Under the pieces are notes generated by a model. That model was not told where the DNA came from and searched no databases. It was given only the letters and a program-made list of their open reading frames with translations. Below, piece by piece: positions 1-11,461 of a DNA stretch of 64,000 nt; position 1 is the first letter of the stretch; every line of letters starts with the position of its first letter. A program made the position numbers and the translations under genes. Origin of the DNA: Gammaproteobacteria bacterium (GTDB lineage Bacteria; Pseudomonadota; Gammaproteobacteria; Eutrophobiales; Eutrophobiaceae); NCBI GenBank assembly GCA_965240365.1, contig OZ251218.1, forward strand, positions 3,022,378 to 3,086,377, read 5' to 3'.

Positions 1-155
1 TGAATTATATAAAACACTGGATTCCGGCTTTCGCCTGCCTGCGGCAGGCAGGCTGGAATGATGAAATAGATGGGAATGCCGCCCGTTGCCATTGCACCGC
101 ACGCTTTCTGCATTCCCGCTTTCACGATAACAAGCGACCGCGTTAAAATACGGGC

Positions 156-839
156 ATGTTGAATCCTGATGCCGGCGCCTTGCGGGGCAATGATATGTTT
201 GACCCGGATTGCAGGGCCTGTCCGCGCTTGAGCCGTTATCTTGACGCGGTGAAGCTGCAATTTCCCGCCTATCACGCGCGGCCCGTGCCGGCATTTGGGG
301 CGCAAAAGCCCGGCTTGTTGATCGTCGGCCTCGCGCCCGGCCTGCATGGCGCCAATGCCACCGGCCGGCCCTTCACGGGCGATTATGCGGGTATTCTCCT
401 GTACCGGATGCTGTATAAATATGGTTTTAGCAGCCAGCCCGATTCCTCCGGCCCCGCTGACGGCCTGCGCCTGTTGCGATGCCGGATCACCAACGCGGTA
501 AAGTGTCTGCCGCCGCAGAACAAGCCGATCGGCAGCGAGGTCAACCGGTGTAATCCTTATCTTGCCGAAGAGCTTAAATATATTGCCAAAAAGGCGATTA
601 TCCTGTGCCTCGGCCAGATTTCGCACAGGGCGATCATCAAGGCGCTGCGCCTGAAACAAGCCGCGTATCCGTTTAAGCACGCCGCGCTTTATAAACTGGA
701 TGATGGCAGAGCCCTGGTTGATTCCTATCATTGCAGCCGCTATAACATGCACACCGGGCGTCTGACCGAGGCCATGTTTGAGGATATATTCAGGCTGCTC
801 AGAAAACGGCTGGGCCGCCGGGCGCGCCATGTCGTTTGA
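156..839 (+). CDS. Uracil-DNA glycosylase superfamily protein (family 4/5-like)
   Basis: GLAPG...GANATGRPFTGD motif and later H-containing motif typical of UDG superfamily; 227 aa; 3' end overlaps uvrC start by 11 nt. Confidence 0.5.
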   Translation: MLNPDAGALRGNDMFDPDCRACPRLSRYLDAVKLQFPAYHARPVPAFGAQKPGLLIVGLAPGLHGANATGRPFTGDYAGILLYRMLYKYGFSSQPDSSGPADGLRLLRCRITNAVKCLPPQNKPIGSEVNRCNPYLAEELKYIAKKAIILCLGQISHRAIIKALRLKQAAYPFKHAALYKLDDGRALVDSYHCSRYNMHTGRLTEAMFEDIFRLLRKRLGRRARHVV

Positions 840-2652
840 CCCCGCCGCCTTTGTCAAAAATCTGACGCCCCGCCCCGGCGTGTACTGCATGCAGAACGAG
901 GACGGCCAGGTTATCTATGTCGGCAAGGCAAAAAATCTGAAAAAGCGCGTGGCCAGTTATTTCAGCCGCGCCCAGGCCGATTCGCCCAAGACGCGGGTGA
1001 TGGTGAAACAGATCAGAAATATCGAGATCACGGTCACGCATACCGAGAACGAGGCGTTGATCCTGGAAAACAATCTGATAAAAGCCTATAAGCCCCGCTA
1101 CAATATCTATTTTCGTGACGACAAGAGTTACCCCTACCTTTATTTATCCACCGAGCACGGCTTCCCGCTGTTTCGCTATCATCGCGGCGCGCTCAAGGGC
1201 AAGGGCAGATATTTCGGCCCTTATCCAAGCTCGGGTTCTGTCCGGCAGACCCTGAACCTGCTGCAAAAGTTATTTCAGGTGCGTTCCTGTGAAGACAGCG
1301 TCTTTTCCAATCGTTCCAGGCCCTGTCTGCAATATCAAATCAAGCGCTGCTCCGCGCCCTGTGTGGATTATATTTCCAGGCAGGATTACGCGCGGGATAT
1401 CCGGCATGCGGTGTTGTTCCTGGAAGGCAGGAACGAGGCCGTGATCAAGGCCCTGACCCGGCCCATGCAGACCGCATCCGAGCGGCTTGAGTTTGAACTG
1501 GCGGCGCGCTTTCGTGATCAGATCCGCGCCTTGCGCGATATTCAGGAAAAACAGCACCGGGCGGCGGGCGGCGGCGATATGGATATTGTCTGTTGCGCCG
1601 TTGCCGGCAACCAGGCCTGTATTCAGCGGGTGTTCATCCGCGGCGGACTCAATCTCGGCAGCCGCAGTTATTTCCCGCAACATATCTCGGATCAGGCCGA
1701 GGCCGATTTAATCAGGGCCTTTTTAGGGCAGTATTATCTGGGCAAGGCGCGCCAGCATATTGCCGCCGAGATCATCATCAGCCATGATTTTGCCGGGCTT
1801 GAGTTAATGCAGGCGGTATTTAACGAGCATTTCAATAAAAAAATCAGGATCAAGACCCAGGTGCGCGGCGAACGCGCCCGCTGGCTCAAGCTGGCCGTGG
1901 ATAACGCCGCCTTGACGCTGACACAGCGGCTGGCGGCTAACCGGAACCAGCAAAGGCGTATCGCCGACCTGCAACAACTGTTGGGCATAAAAGACGACCT
2001 TGAGCAGATGGAATGTTTCGATATCAGCCACAGTCACGGCGAGGCCGTGACGGGGTCTTGCGTGGTCTTTGGCCGGGACGGGCCGGTCAATTCAAAATAC
2101 CGCCAGTTCAATATAGAAAATGTCACCAAAGGCGATGACTACGCGGCCATGAGCCAGGTCGTGCGCCGCCGTTATACCCGTCAGGTCAAGGAAAATGCAA
2201 GGCTGCCGGATTTGATTATTATAGATGGCGGCAAGGGCCAGATTGAAGTGGCCACGCGCGCGCTGAGCGAATTACAATTGCGGCATATCCCGGTGCTGGG
2301 CGTGGCCAAGGGGCCGGCCCGCAAAGCCGGGCTGGAAAAACTAATCCTGGCCTATGATAATAAAACGCTGAACTGCGGCGCGGATTCCCCGGCCTTGCAT
2401 TTAATACAACATATCCGCGATGAGGCGCACCGCTTTGCCATCAGCGCGCATCGTCAAAAACGCAAGAAAAAACGCGGCCGCTCAAGGCTGGAAGAGATAG
2501 CCGGCATCGGCCATAAACGCAGGCAAAACCTGATAAGACATTTCGGCGGATTGCAGGGCGTGGCCAAGGCCGGCGTTGACGATCTGGCCATGGCGCCCGG
2601 CATCAACAAAAGCCTCGCGGAAAAAATCTACGACGTATTCCATAACCATTAA
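829..2652 (+). CDS. uvrC: Excinuclease ABC subunit C (UvrC)
   Basis: N-terminal GIY-YIG (GVYCMQNEDGQVIYVGKAKNLKKRVASYF), UvrBC and C-terminal HhH; 607 aa from ATG at 829 (ORF track extends upstream to 778). Confidence 0.9.
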   Translation: MSFDPAAFVKNLTPRPGVYCMQNEDGQVIYVGKAKNLKKRVASYFSRAQADSPKTRVMVKQIRNIEITVTHTENEALILENNLIKAYKPRYNIYFRDDKSYPYLYLSTEHGFPLFRYHRGALKGKGRYFGPYPSSGSVRQTLNLLQKLFQVRSCEDSVFSNRSRPCLQYQIKRCSAPCVDYISRQDYARDIRHAVLFLEGRNEAVIKALTRPMQTASERLEFELAARFRDQIRALRDIQEKQHRAAGGGDMDIVCCAVAGNQACIQRVFIRGGLNLGSRSYFPQHISDQAEADLIRAFLGQYYLGKARQHIAAEIIISHDFAGLELMQAVFNEHFNKKIRIKTQVRGERARWLKLAVDNAALTLTQRLAANRNQQRRIADLQQLLGIKDDLEQMECFDISHSHGEAVTGSCVVFGRDGPVNSKYRQFNIENVTKGDDYAAMSQVVRRRYTRQVKENARLPDLIIIDGGKGQIEVATRALSELQLRHIPVLGVAKGPARKAGLEKLILAYDNKTLNCGADSPALHLIQHIRDEAHRFAISAHRQKRKKKRGRSRLEEIAGIGHKRRQNLIRHFGGLQGVAKAGVDDLAMAPGINKSLAEKIYDVFHNH

Positions 2653-3200
2653 TGACCATTCCCAACCAACTCACGCTGCTGCGAGTGGGCCTGATCCCGG
2701 TGTTCGTGCTGGTATTTTACCTGCCCTTTTCCTGGAATAATGAACTGGCCTGCGTCTTTTTTACCCTGGCCGCGTTGACTGACGTGCTGGATGGCTATCT
2801 GGCCAGAAAACTGGGGCAGGTCTCTTCCCTCGGCGCCTTTCTCGATCCCGTGGCCGACAAATTAATGATCGCCGTGGCCCTGGTGCTGCTGGTACAGCAA
2901 AACCCCAGTATCTATCTTGCCCTGCCCGCGGCGGTCATTATCGGGCGCGAAATCACGGTGTCGGCGCTGCGCGAGTGGATGGCCGCGGTGGGGGCGAGCA
3001 GCAGGGTGGCCGTCTCTGTCTGGGGCAAGGTCAAAACCATCGCCCAGATGGTCGCGCTCGGCTTTCTGATATTCCGTGAATCAATCCTGAATCTGCCGGT
3101 TTACACGATCGGCCTGATCCTGCTCTATATTGCCGCGATCCTGACGCTGATCTCCATGCTCCAATATCTGGCCAGCGCTTGGCCCAAACTGAAACAATAG
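2652..3200 (+). CDS. pgsA: CDP-diacylglycerol--glycerol-3-phosphate 3-phosphatidyltransferase
   Basis: CDP-alcohol phosphatidyltransferase motif DVLDGYLARK...GAFLDPVADK; conserved uvrC-pgsA-tRNAGly order of gammaproteobacteria. Confidence 0.85.
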   Translation: MTIPNQLTLLRVGLIPVFVLVFYLPFSWNNELACVFFTLAALTDVLDGYLARKLGQVSSLGAFLDPVADKLMIAVALVLLVQQNPSIYLALPAAVIIGREITVSALREWMAAVGASSRVAVSVWGKVKTIAQMVALGFLIFRESILNLPVYTIGLILLYIAAILTLISMLQYLASAWPKLKQ

Positions 3201-3322
3201 ATGCTGTTAATGTTATTGACAGCCGGATGTTGGCGGCTACAATACCGGTCTTGTGTGGAAATTGTCAGGCAGGCCCTGTGGCGAAGGCAACATTCTGCCG
3301 TATCCATGCAGGCAACAAATGC

Positions 3323-3398
3323 GCGGGAATAGCTCAGTTGGTAGAGCGATACCTTGCCAAGGTATAGGTCGCCGGTTCGAACCCGGTTTCCCGCTCCA
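3323..3398 (+). tRNA. tRNA-Gly (anticodon GCC)
   Basis: GCGGGAATAGCTCAGTTGGTAGAGC...anticodon loop TTGCCAA...TTCGAACCCGGTTTCCCGCTCCA; cloverleaf folds by eye; 76 nt. Confidence 0.9.
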
Positions 3399-3410
3399 GA
3401 TTTGAACTGG

Positions 3411-3440
3411 AAACCCCGGTCTTGCCGGGGTTTTCGTTTT
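3411..3440 (+). terminator. Putative rho-independent terminator after tRNA-Gly
   Basis: AAACCCCGG-TCTTG-CCGGGGTTTTCGTTTT: GC stem followed by T-run. Confidence 0.4.
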
Positions 3441-3460
3441 GAAGCAATGAAAAAACCTTC

Positions 3461-3534
3461 GGCTGAGTGGCAGAGTGGTTATGCAGCGGCCTGCAAAGCC
3501 GTGCACGCCGGTTCGATTCCGACCTCAGCCTCCA
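3461..3534 (+). tRNA. tRNA-Cys (anticodon GCA)
   Basis: GGCTGAG...anticodon loop CTGCAAA...GGTTCGATTCCGACCTCAGCCTCCA; acceptor stem GGCTGAG/CTCAGCC; 74 nt. Confidence 0.85.
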
Positions 3535-3653
3535 TTTTATCGCGGATGAATCCAACCAGGCGGTATTTTACCCGCCACCGAAAAAGTCACCTCCCTCAAA
3601 GTCATTATTGCCAGGCCGGATAACCCGGTCATTTGCGGCACATACGCTATTTT

Positions 3654-4082
3654 TTAACACGGCGGTATCAAAACCGCGCTGTCAAATCTGCTCGCGGCGA
3701 TGGCGTTGCAGAAGCCCCGCCATTCGCAGCCGGCGCAGGCCGAGCGGATCTGCCTGGCCGCGAACGCTTGCCGCAAGCGGTGGAGGAGGCCGGCATGCAG
3801 GGTCAGGCGCGCCCCGGTGTGGACTTCAAGGCCCGGCAAACGGCCCAGATCCCGCGCCGCGGCCCGATCCCGCTCGGCAACACTGGCGCGCTGGCAGTGC
3901 GGATCCGGGCCATCAAGCAGCGGGGCGCAGATATCATCCGGCCCCTCGACGATGCTGATCTTCTCACCAGCGCCAAGGCGACCCGCGATCCGCGTCATAT
4001 TGGCCGTAAAGGCGGGATTGTATCCCTTGCCGGCATAGGTCAGCACGCACAACAGATGATGCGGCCGCAGGCGCACCGTCAT
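3654..4082 (-). CDS. DUF1284-like small protein (RPHHLLC motif, C-terminal CxxC)
   Basis: MTVRLRPHHLLCVLTYAGKGY... 142 aa; start ATG overlaps bioY stop (TAATG) indicating translational coupling; the longer 314-aa ORF in the track is an out-of-frame extension across bioY. Confidence 0.45.
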   Translation of the reverse strand: MTVRLRPHHLLCVLTYAGKGYNPAFTANMTRIAGRLGAGEKISIVEGPDDICAPLLDGPDPHCQRASVAERDRAAARDLGRLPGLEVHTGARLTLHAGLLHRLRQAFAARQIRSACAGCEWRGFCNAIAASRFDSAVLIPPC

Positions 4083-4666
4083 TACGCGGTATGCCTGACG
4101 CCGCGAGTCATCAGCTTTAGCGTCAATGCCCCCAGCCCGGCCTTCAGGACAGCGCCGATCAGGAACGGCGCGATGCCGGCCATGATGGCCTGCTTGACGC
4201 CGATAAGCACCGCGAGCCACGCCCCGCCCAGGATCAGACACAGCCCGTTGCCGATCAACATGCCGGCGAAGGCCAGCCACGGACGATGTCCGTTCCAGCC
4301 GCGCTCGGCCAGCCAGCCCACGGCCATGCCCGCAACGGGAAAGGCGAAGAGATAACCGCCGGTCGGGCCCATAAAGTGGAGCGCGCCCGCCGCGCCGCCC
4401 GCCAGAACCGGCAGGCCAAGCGCGCCCTGGACAAGCCAGGCCACGATTGTAACGCCACCGAGCCGCCAGCCATAGAGCGCCCCCACCAGCGCGACGGCGA
4501 AGGTCTGCATCGTCACCGGAACCGGGACCATCGGCACTTCGATATAGGACGACAAGGTCAGAAAGAGACTGCCGACAACAATCGCGGCGAGTTTCCAACC
4601 CAGCGGGCGGTCTTGAAAATTAATCGGGCTAAAGCCCGGCTTCGGTATCATGCTTGAGGTAATCAT
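4082..4666 (-). CDS. bioY: Biotin transporter BioY
   Basis: 194 aa, 5-6 TM helices, typical BioY core (QTFAVALVGALYGWRLGG...GGYLFAFPVAG). Confidence 0.8.
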   Translation of the reverse strand: MITSSMIPKPGFSPINFQDRPLGWKLAAIVVGSLFLTLSSYIEVPMVPVPVTMQTFAVALVGALYGWRLGGVTIVAWLVQGALGLPVLAGGAAGALHFMGPTGGYLFAFPVAGMAVGWLAERGWNGHRPWLAFAGMLIGNGLCLILGGAWLAVLIGVKQAIMAGIAPFLIGAVLKAGLGALTLKLMTRGVRHTA

Positions 4667-4842
4667 TCGTGGCTCCTTTGCTAAACTTAAAGATAACTTT
4701 TCAGGTGTGGTTTTTACAGATCCCCGCGGGGTTATTTACGGCGCTTTCCCCTTAGAACCCTTAATTATCAGTTTCGGCGCAAGGCCAGACTGAAACGGTC
4801 GTCCGTGTGGTTATTCCCCGTGCTTAATCCTTTGATCAACGG

Positions 4843-4983
4843 CTAATTGTACATAATTACACGGCCGATTCTTGAGGAATTTGTGATTAATTTAACCACC
4901 GGGGCGGGCGAAGCGATACTTGGGGAAGAACACGCCGCGGGCGCATGGGGGCGCCCGGAACGCTTGTTTAAGGACTGGTTCAT
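4843..4983 (-). CDS. Candidate small ORF (46 aa) with strong SD upstream of bioY
   Basis: AAAGGAGGTATA-ATG; no similarity recognised; could be leader peptide or spurious. Confidence 0.2.
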   Translation of the reverse strand: MNQSLNKRSGRPHAPAACSSPSIASPAPVVKLITNSSRIGRVIMYN

Positions 4984-5971
4984 TATACCTCCTTTGTTGT
5001 AATTCCAGTAAGTGTCCGGGTTCAATACCCAGGGTCATCTCATCTAAAATAAGGTGTCAGTTATCCTAGCCACGGTATCTTTAAGTATTGCTCATAATGC
5101 GCCTATTGCCCCCACCGTCATTTATGGACAGGAAGTCCTGTATGCGGCGACCTGCCTGCTGCAGGCAGGGAGGGCACGCCTACAAGGATGTACGCCTACA
5201 GGGACGTAGGTGGTAGAGCGGCGTCTGGAACAAGCCGCCGAGGTGGTAGAGCGGCGCCTGCCTGCAGCAGTCCGGATGAGATGGCCACCTCTTGTTGCGC
5301 GGCGTCTGAAGCGCCAAAATGAAGTTTTTACTTAACCTAAATGCACAAAAGAGGTGTCCGAGATGAAAGTGACTCTAATTGGTATTGATTTGGCAAAGAC
5401 TATTTTTCAGGTATGTGGAGTGAATCAGGTCGGCAAGCCGGTGTTTAACCGGACGATACGGCGTGCGGGTCTGTTGTCCTTTGTGAGCCGTTACCCGGAT
5501 TCGGTAGCCTGCCTGCAGCAGGCAGGTGGCGATGGAGGCGTGCGGGGGGTCGAATTACTGGGGACGTGAGTTGCAGAAGCGGGGCTATGAGGTGAAGCTG
5601 ATTCCGCCGCAGCATGTGAAGCCGTTTGTAAACCTGCCTGCAGCAGGCAGGGGGGAACAAGACCGACCGTCATGATGCTCTGGCGATTTGTGAGGCGGCC
5701 GGTCGTCCTGAGTTGCGGTGTGTTATGCCTCGCAGTGTTGAGCAGACTGACCGGCTGCTGGCGCACCGGCTGCGCCCTGCCTGCAGCAGGCAGGGAGCAG
5801 GCCGTAGGCGGGCGTACCCGGTTGGTGAATCAAATTCGGGGGTTGTTGCGGGAGTATGGCGTGGTGGCCTGCCTGCAGCAGGCAGGTGGCCCGTCGCTAT
5901 CTCGGCATGCCGTGGGCCGAGTGGCAGGCGCTGGATGCGCGTATTGCGGAGTTGGAGGAAGATACTAGTAA

Positions 5972-7063
5972 TTGCATAAGTATTCGCAGTGCATTATAAT
6001 TTGCTGCCATGAGCACAAGAATTGAATTACGTAATCAGAAACGCAAAGATGTTGTTGAAGCAATCGTTATCCGCCAAGAACCTGTTCATTTAGTTCGGCG
6101 GATATACAACCTGCCGGAACGCACGGTTTTCGACTGGCTGTCACGTTATCGGGCCGGCGGATGGGATGCGCTCAAGGAGGGCAAGCGTAGCGGCCGCCCC
6201 AGAAAGCTCAGCGCTGAGGACATGCAGTGGGTTTATAAGGCGGTGACAATGGGCAACCCGATGCACTATCAGTTTGATTTTTGTCTTTGGACTCTGGGCG
6301 TGTTAGGCACCCTGATCAAGCAAGCACGCGGTGTCAAGCTGAGCAAGAGCGCCATTAGTCGCTTATTGAGGCATCTGGGGTTGAGCGCGCAACGTCCGGT
6401 CTACAAGTCGTATAAGCAAGACCCGAAGCAGGTCAAGCGCTATCTTTCCAAGACGTTTCCTGAGGCCGTGGCACAAGCGAAGGCGATGGGCGCGCAACTG
6501 TTCTTTGTTGATGAGGCTTCGGTACGTAGTGATGCGCACCGGGGCGCCACCTGGGGCAAGCGAGGCGAGACACCGGTTATCAGAGACAGCGGTGGACGTT
6601 TTGGGCTTAATATGATGAGTGCCATTTCTCCACGGGGGGAGATGCGTTTCAGTTTCATTGCGGGAGGTATGAACTCAAGCCGGTTTATCCAGTTTCTAAA
6701 AAAGCTCCATAAGGATGCCGGCAAGCCCATTTTGGTCATCGTTGATAACGCCAAATATCACTACAGTAAGGAAACACGGCGCTTCCTTAAGCAACAAGAC
6801 GGCCAGATTTTGCTGACTTTCCTGCCAGCGTACTCACCGGAACTCAATCCTGATGAACAGGTTTGGAATCATGCCAAACACCAACTCAGTCAACGCCCTG
6901 TCTGGGATAAACACGATATGAAAAGGCACTTGTCAGCTATTTTGCATTCTCTTCAGAAACGCACGGGCTTGATCATGAGCTTCTTCAAAATGAAAAATAC
7001 GAAATATATCCTGGAAGTCTTCATATGAACTGCGATTATTTATGCAAGGATTAATATTAAGGC
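5972..7063 (+). mobile_element. IS630-family element nested in IS110 copy 1
   Basis: Imperfect terminal inverted repeats ...ATTGCATAAGTATTCGCAGT / ACTGCGATTATTTATGCAAGG...; inserted at a TA dinucleotide present once in uninterrupted IS110 copy 2. Confidence 0.6.
6009..7028 (+). CDS. IS630-family transposase
   Basis: 339 aa; HTH N-terminus and DDE region (FFVDEASV...VIVDNAKYH...YSPELNPDE). Confidence 0.85.
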   Translation: MSTRIELRNQKRKDVVEAIVIRQEPVHLVRRIYNLPERTVFDWLSRYRAGGWDALKEGKRSGRPRKLSAEDMQWVYKAVTMGNPMHYQFDFCLWTLGVLGTLIKQARGVKLSKSAISRLLRHLGLSAQRPVYKSYKQDPKQVKRYLSKTFPEAVAQAKAMGAQLFFVDEASVRSDAHRGATWGKRGETPVIRDSGGRFGLNMMSAISPRGEMRFSFIAGGMNSSRFIQFLKKLHKDAGKPILVIVDNAKYHYSKETRRFLKQQDGQILLTFLPAYSPELNPDEQVWNHAKHQLSQRPVWDKHDMKRHLSAILHSLQKRTGLIMSFFKMKNTKYILEVFI

Positions 7064-7410
7064 TCAGGTCAAGCAGGATGAGTCGGCGCGGCGTCTGGCG
7101 GGTATCAAGGGGGTGGGCCACTGATTGCCAGTGCGGCCGCCTGCCTGCAGCAGGCAGGCCACTATGCGGCCAATCTGGGACTGGTGCCCAGAGAGCACTC
7201 CAGTGGCGGCCGCCAACGGCTGGGAGGGATTACCAAACAGGGTAACCAGTATCTGCGCCGCCTGCTCGTCCAGGGGGCCTGGTCGGTCTTGCGCTATGCC
7301 GACCGCAGTGAAGACCGGCTGTCACGTTGGGCCAGACAGGTCACCTGCCTGCTGCAGGCAGGTGGCTCGCATCGGCAAGCATAAGGCGGCGGTGGCCGTG
7401 GCCAACAAGC

Positions 7411-7429
7411 CCTGCCTGCTGCAGGCAGG
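7411..7429. repeat. 19-bp hairpin copy present in IS110 copy 1 only
   Basis: copy1 CAAG-CCCTGCCTGCTGCAGGCAGG-TGGCCCGC vs copy2 CAAAC-TGGCCCGC (44296 region). Confidence 0.8.
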
Positions 7430-7567
7430 TGGCCCGCATCATCTGGTCAATGCTGTATCACGGCGCCGAGTACCGGCCGGCTTGAGACACGCGCACCGGC
7501 CCGTTTGAGGCAGAAGTAGAACGTACCCACCATAGGTTGCGATGAAGATATGAAGTAACAGCTTAGA

Positions 7568-7670
7568 CCTGCCTGCAGCAGGCAGGCCGGCCCCTGAAAC
7601 GCTGACTTACCTGCCTGCAGCAGGCAGGCCGGCCCCTGAAACGCTGACTTACCTGCCTGCAGCAGGCAGG
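7568..7670 (+). repeat. Tandem array (2.5 x 42 bp) of hairpin + 23-bp spacer inside IS110 right end
   Basis: Unit CCTGCCTGCAGCAGGCAGGCCGGCCCCTGAAACGCTGACTTA repeated at 7568, 7610, 7652(partial); copy 2 has a single unit. Confidence 0.7.
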
Positions 7671-7887
7671 CCCGACTGGGCTGAAAAGCACGAAGGCACG
7701 ATAGAGCGACAGGGGCGCGGTTCTCATTGAGGCCCGGGGACAATGATTCCCCAACACAGAGGCCGGATAGTCGTATGCAGTCTTATTTTACCGTTATTGA
7801 ATAATCAGCTTGCAAACTACGAGGTGTACATATAGGCCGAAATAACAGAGCGGATTGCCGGCAGTCTGTTTTTCATATACTCCCCGC

Positions 7888-10715
<2,828 letters not shown>

Positions 10716-10897
10716 TTACAACGGTAAACCCGGTTATCGACCATTCAGGATTGAGGGCGGCATGAATATAGACCAAGACGGGTAGTATAATATCTTTTTG
10801 TGGGGATATATTAGCCTGGCGATCAAAACGACTTTAAAGATAAATTGATTCAAGATTTTATTTGATAATTGTGTACAAATGACATACATTTATAATT

Positions 10898-11170
10898 ATG
10901 AATATTGAATGGGATGAAAACAAACGCCGCTCTAATCTGCTCAAACACCGGGTAGACTTTGCAGATGCCGTGGGCGTGTTTTATGACGATAACGCCGTTA
11001 CGGTAGAAGACCCGGAACACTATCGAGAACAGCGGCTTATTACTCTGGGTATGGATTTCAAACTGCAATTGCTGGTGGTAGTCAATACACAAAGAGCCGG
11101 CGATACTATCCGCATAATTTCTGCCCGAAAAGCAAACCGCAAAGAACGCAAACAGTACGAAGGTGATTAA
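10898..11170 (+). CDS. brnT: BrnT-family ribonuclease toxin (DUF497)
   Basis: 90 aa, MNIEWDENKRRSNLLKHRVDFADA...; overlaps downstream antitoxin by 8 nt. Confidence 0.75.
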   Translation: MNIEWDENKRRSNLLKHRVDFADAVGVFYDDNAVTVEDPEHYREQRLITLGMDFKLQLLVVVNTQRAGDTIRIISARKANRKERKQYEGD

Positions 11171-11414
11171 CATGAAAGATAACTACGATTTCAGCGAAGG
11201 CAAGCGCGGCGCCGTAATCAAAACCGCCAAGCAACGTATCACGATTCGCTTGGATCCTGACATTATCCAGTGGTTCAAGGATAAGGTACGGGGAGGCGGC
11301 AACTACCAGTCTTTAGTGAATGAAGCCCTGCGCCAGCATGTTGAACGGCAGGGAGAACCGTTAGAAGATACCTTGCGCCGCGTCATTCGTGAAGAAATAC
11401 AGGCGACGGGATAA
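11163..11414 (+). CDS. brnA: BrnA-family antitoxin
   Basis: 83 aa, FSEGKRGAV...ITIRLDPDIIQWFK... typical BrnA. Confidence 0.7.
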   Translation: MINMKDNYDFSEGKRGAVIKTAKQRITIRLDPDIIQWFKDKVRGGGNYQSLVNEALRQHVERQGEPLEDTLRRVIREEIQATG

Positions 11415-11461
11415 ATGGAGCCTTGATACAGAGAGATAGCCGCCAACTGTCTTTCTACCCT

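Larger units (their letters stand above)
5363..7460 (+). pseudogene. IS110-family (DEDD) transposase, disrupted
   Basis: N-terminal MKVTLIGIDLAKTIFQVCG... and C-terminal ...GIKGVGPLIASAAA...LGLVPREHSSGGRQRLGGITKQGNQYLRRLL; broken by >=7 19-bp hairpin insertions, small deletions and the IS630 insertion. Confidence 0.6.
5276..7845 (+). mobile_element. IS110-family element copy 1 (with nested IS630)
   Basis: Left end ...ATGAGATGGCCACC directly follows a 19-bp hairpin; sequence is ~97% identical to copy 2 (43269..44665) from the left end to GAGGTGTACATATAGG; interrupted by IS630 at 5972..7063. Confidence 0.6.

Noticed and set aside
3654-4598. 314-aa ORF on minus strand spanning bioY in another frame
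   Set aside because: Only the last 142 codons (3654..4082) are supported as a DUF1284-like gene. The upstream part overlaps bioY out of frame.
5354-5979. Many short + and - strand ORFs containing LPAAGR/CLQQAG/PACCRQ peptides
   Set aside because: These are translations of the 19-bp hairpin in three frames inside degraded IS110 sequence, not independent genes.
7568-7670. Possible CRISPR array (19-bp palindromic repeats with 23-bp spacers)
   Set aside because: Only 2.5 units, the spacers are identical, the repeat is the genome-wide 19-bp hairpin, and there are no cas genes. Interpreted as tandem amplification.
10869-10896. Sigma70-like promoter (TTGTGT-16-TATAAT) for brnT
   Set aside because: The -10 element directly abuts the ATG, so the predicted transcription start would fall inside the coding sequence. 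Not reported as a feature.
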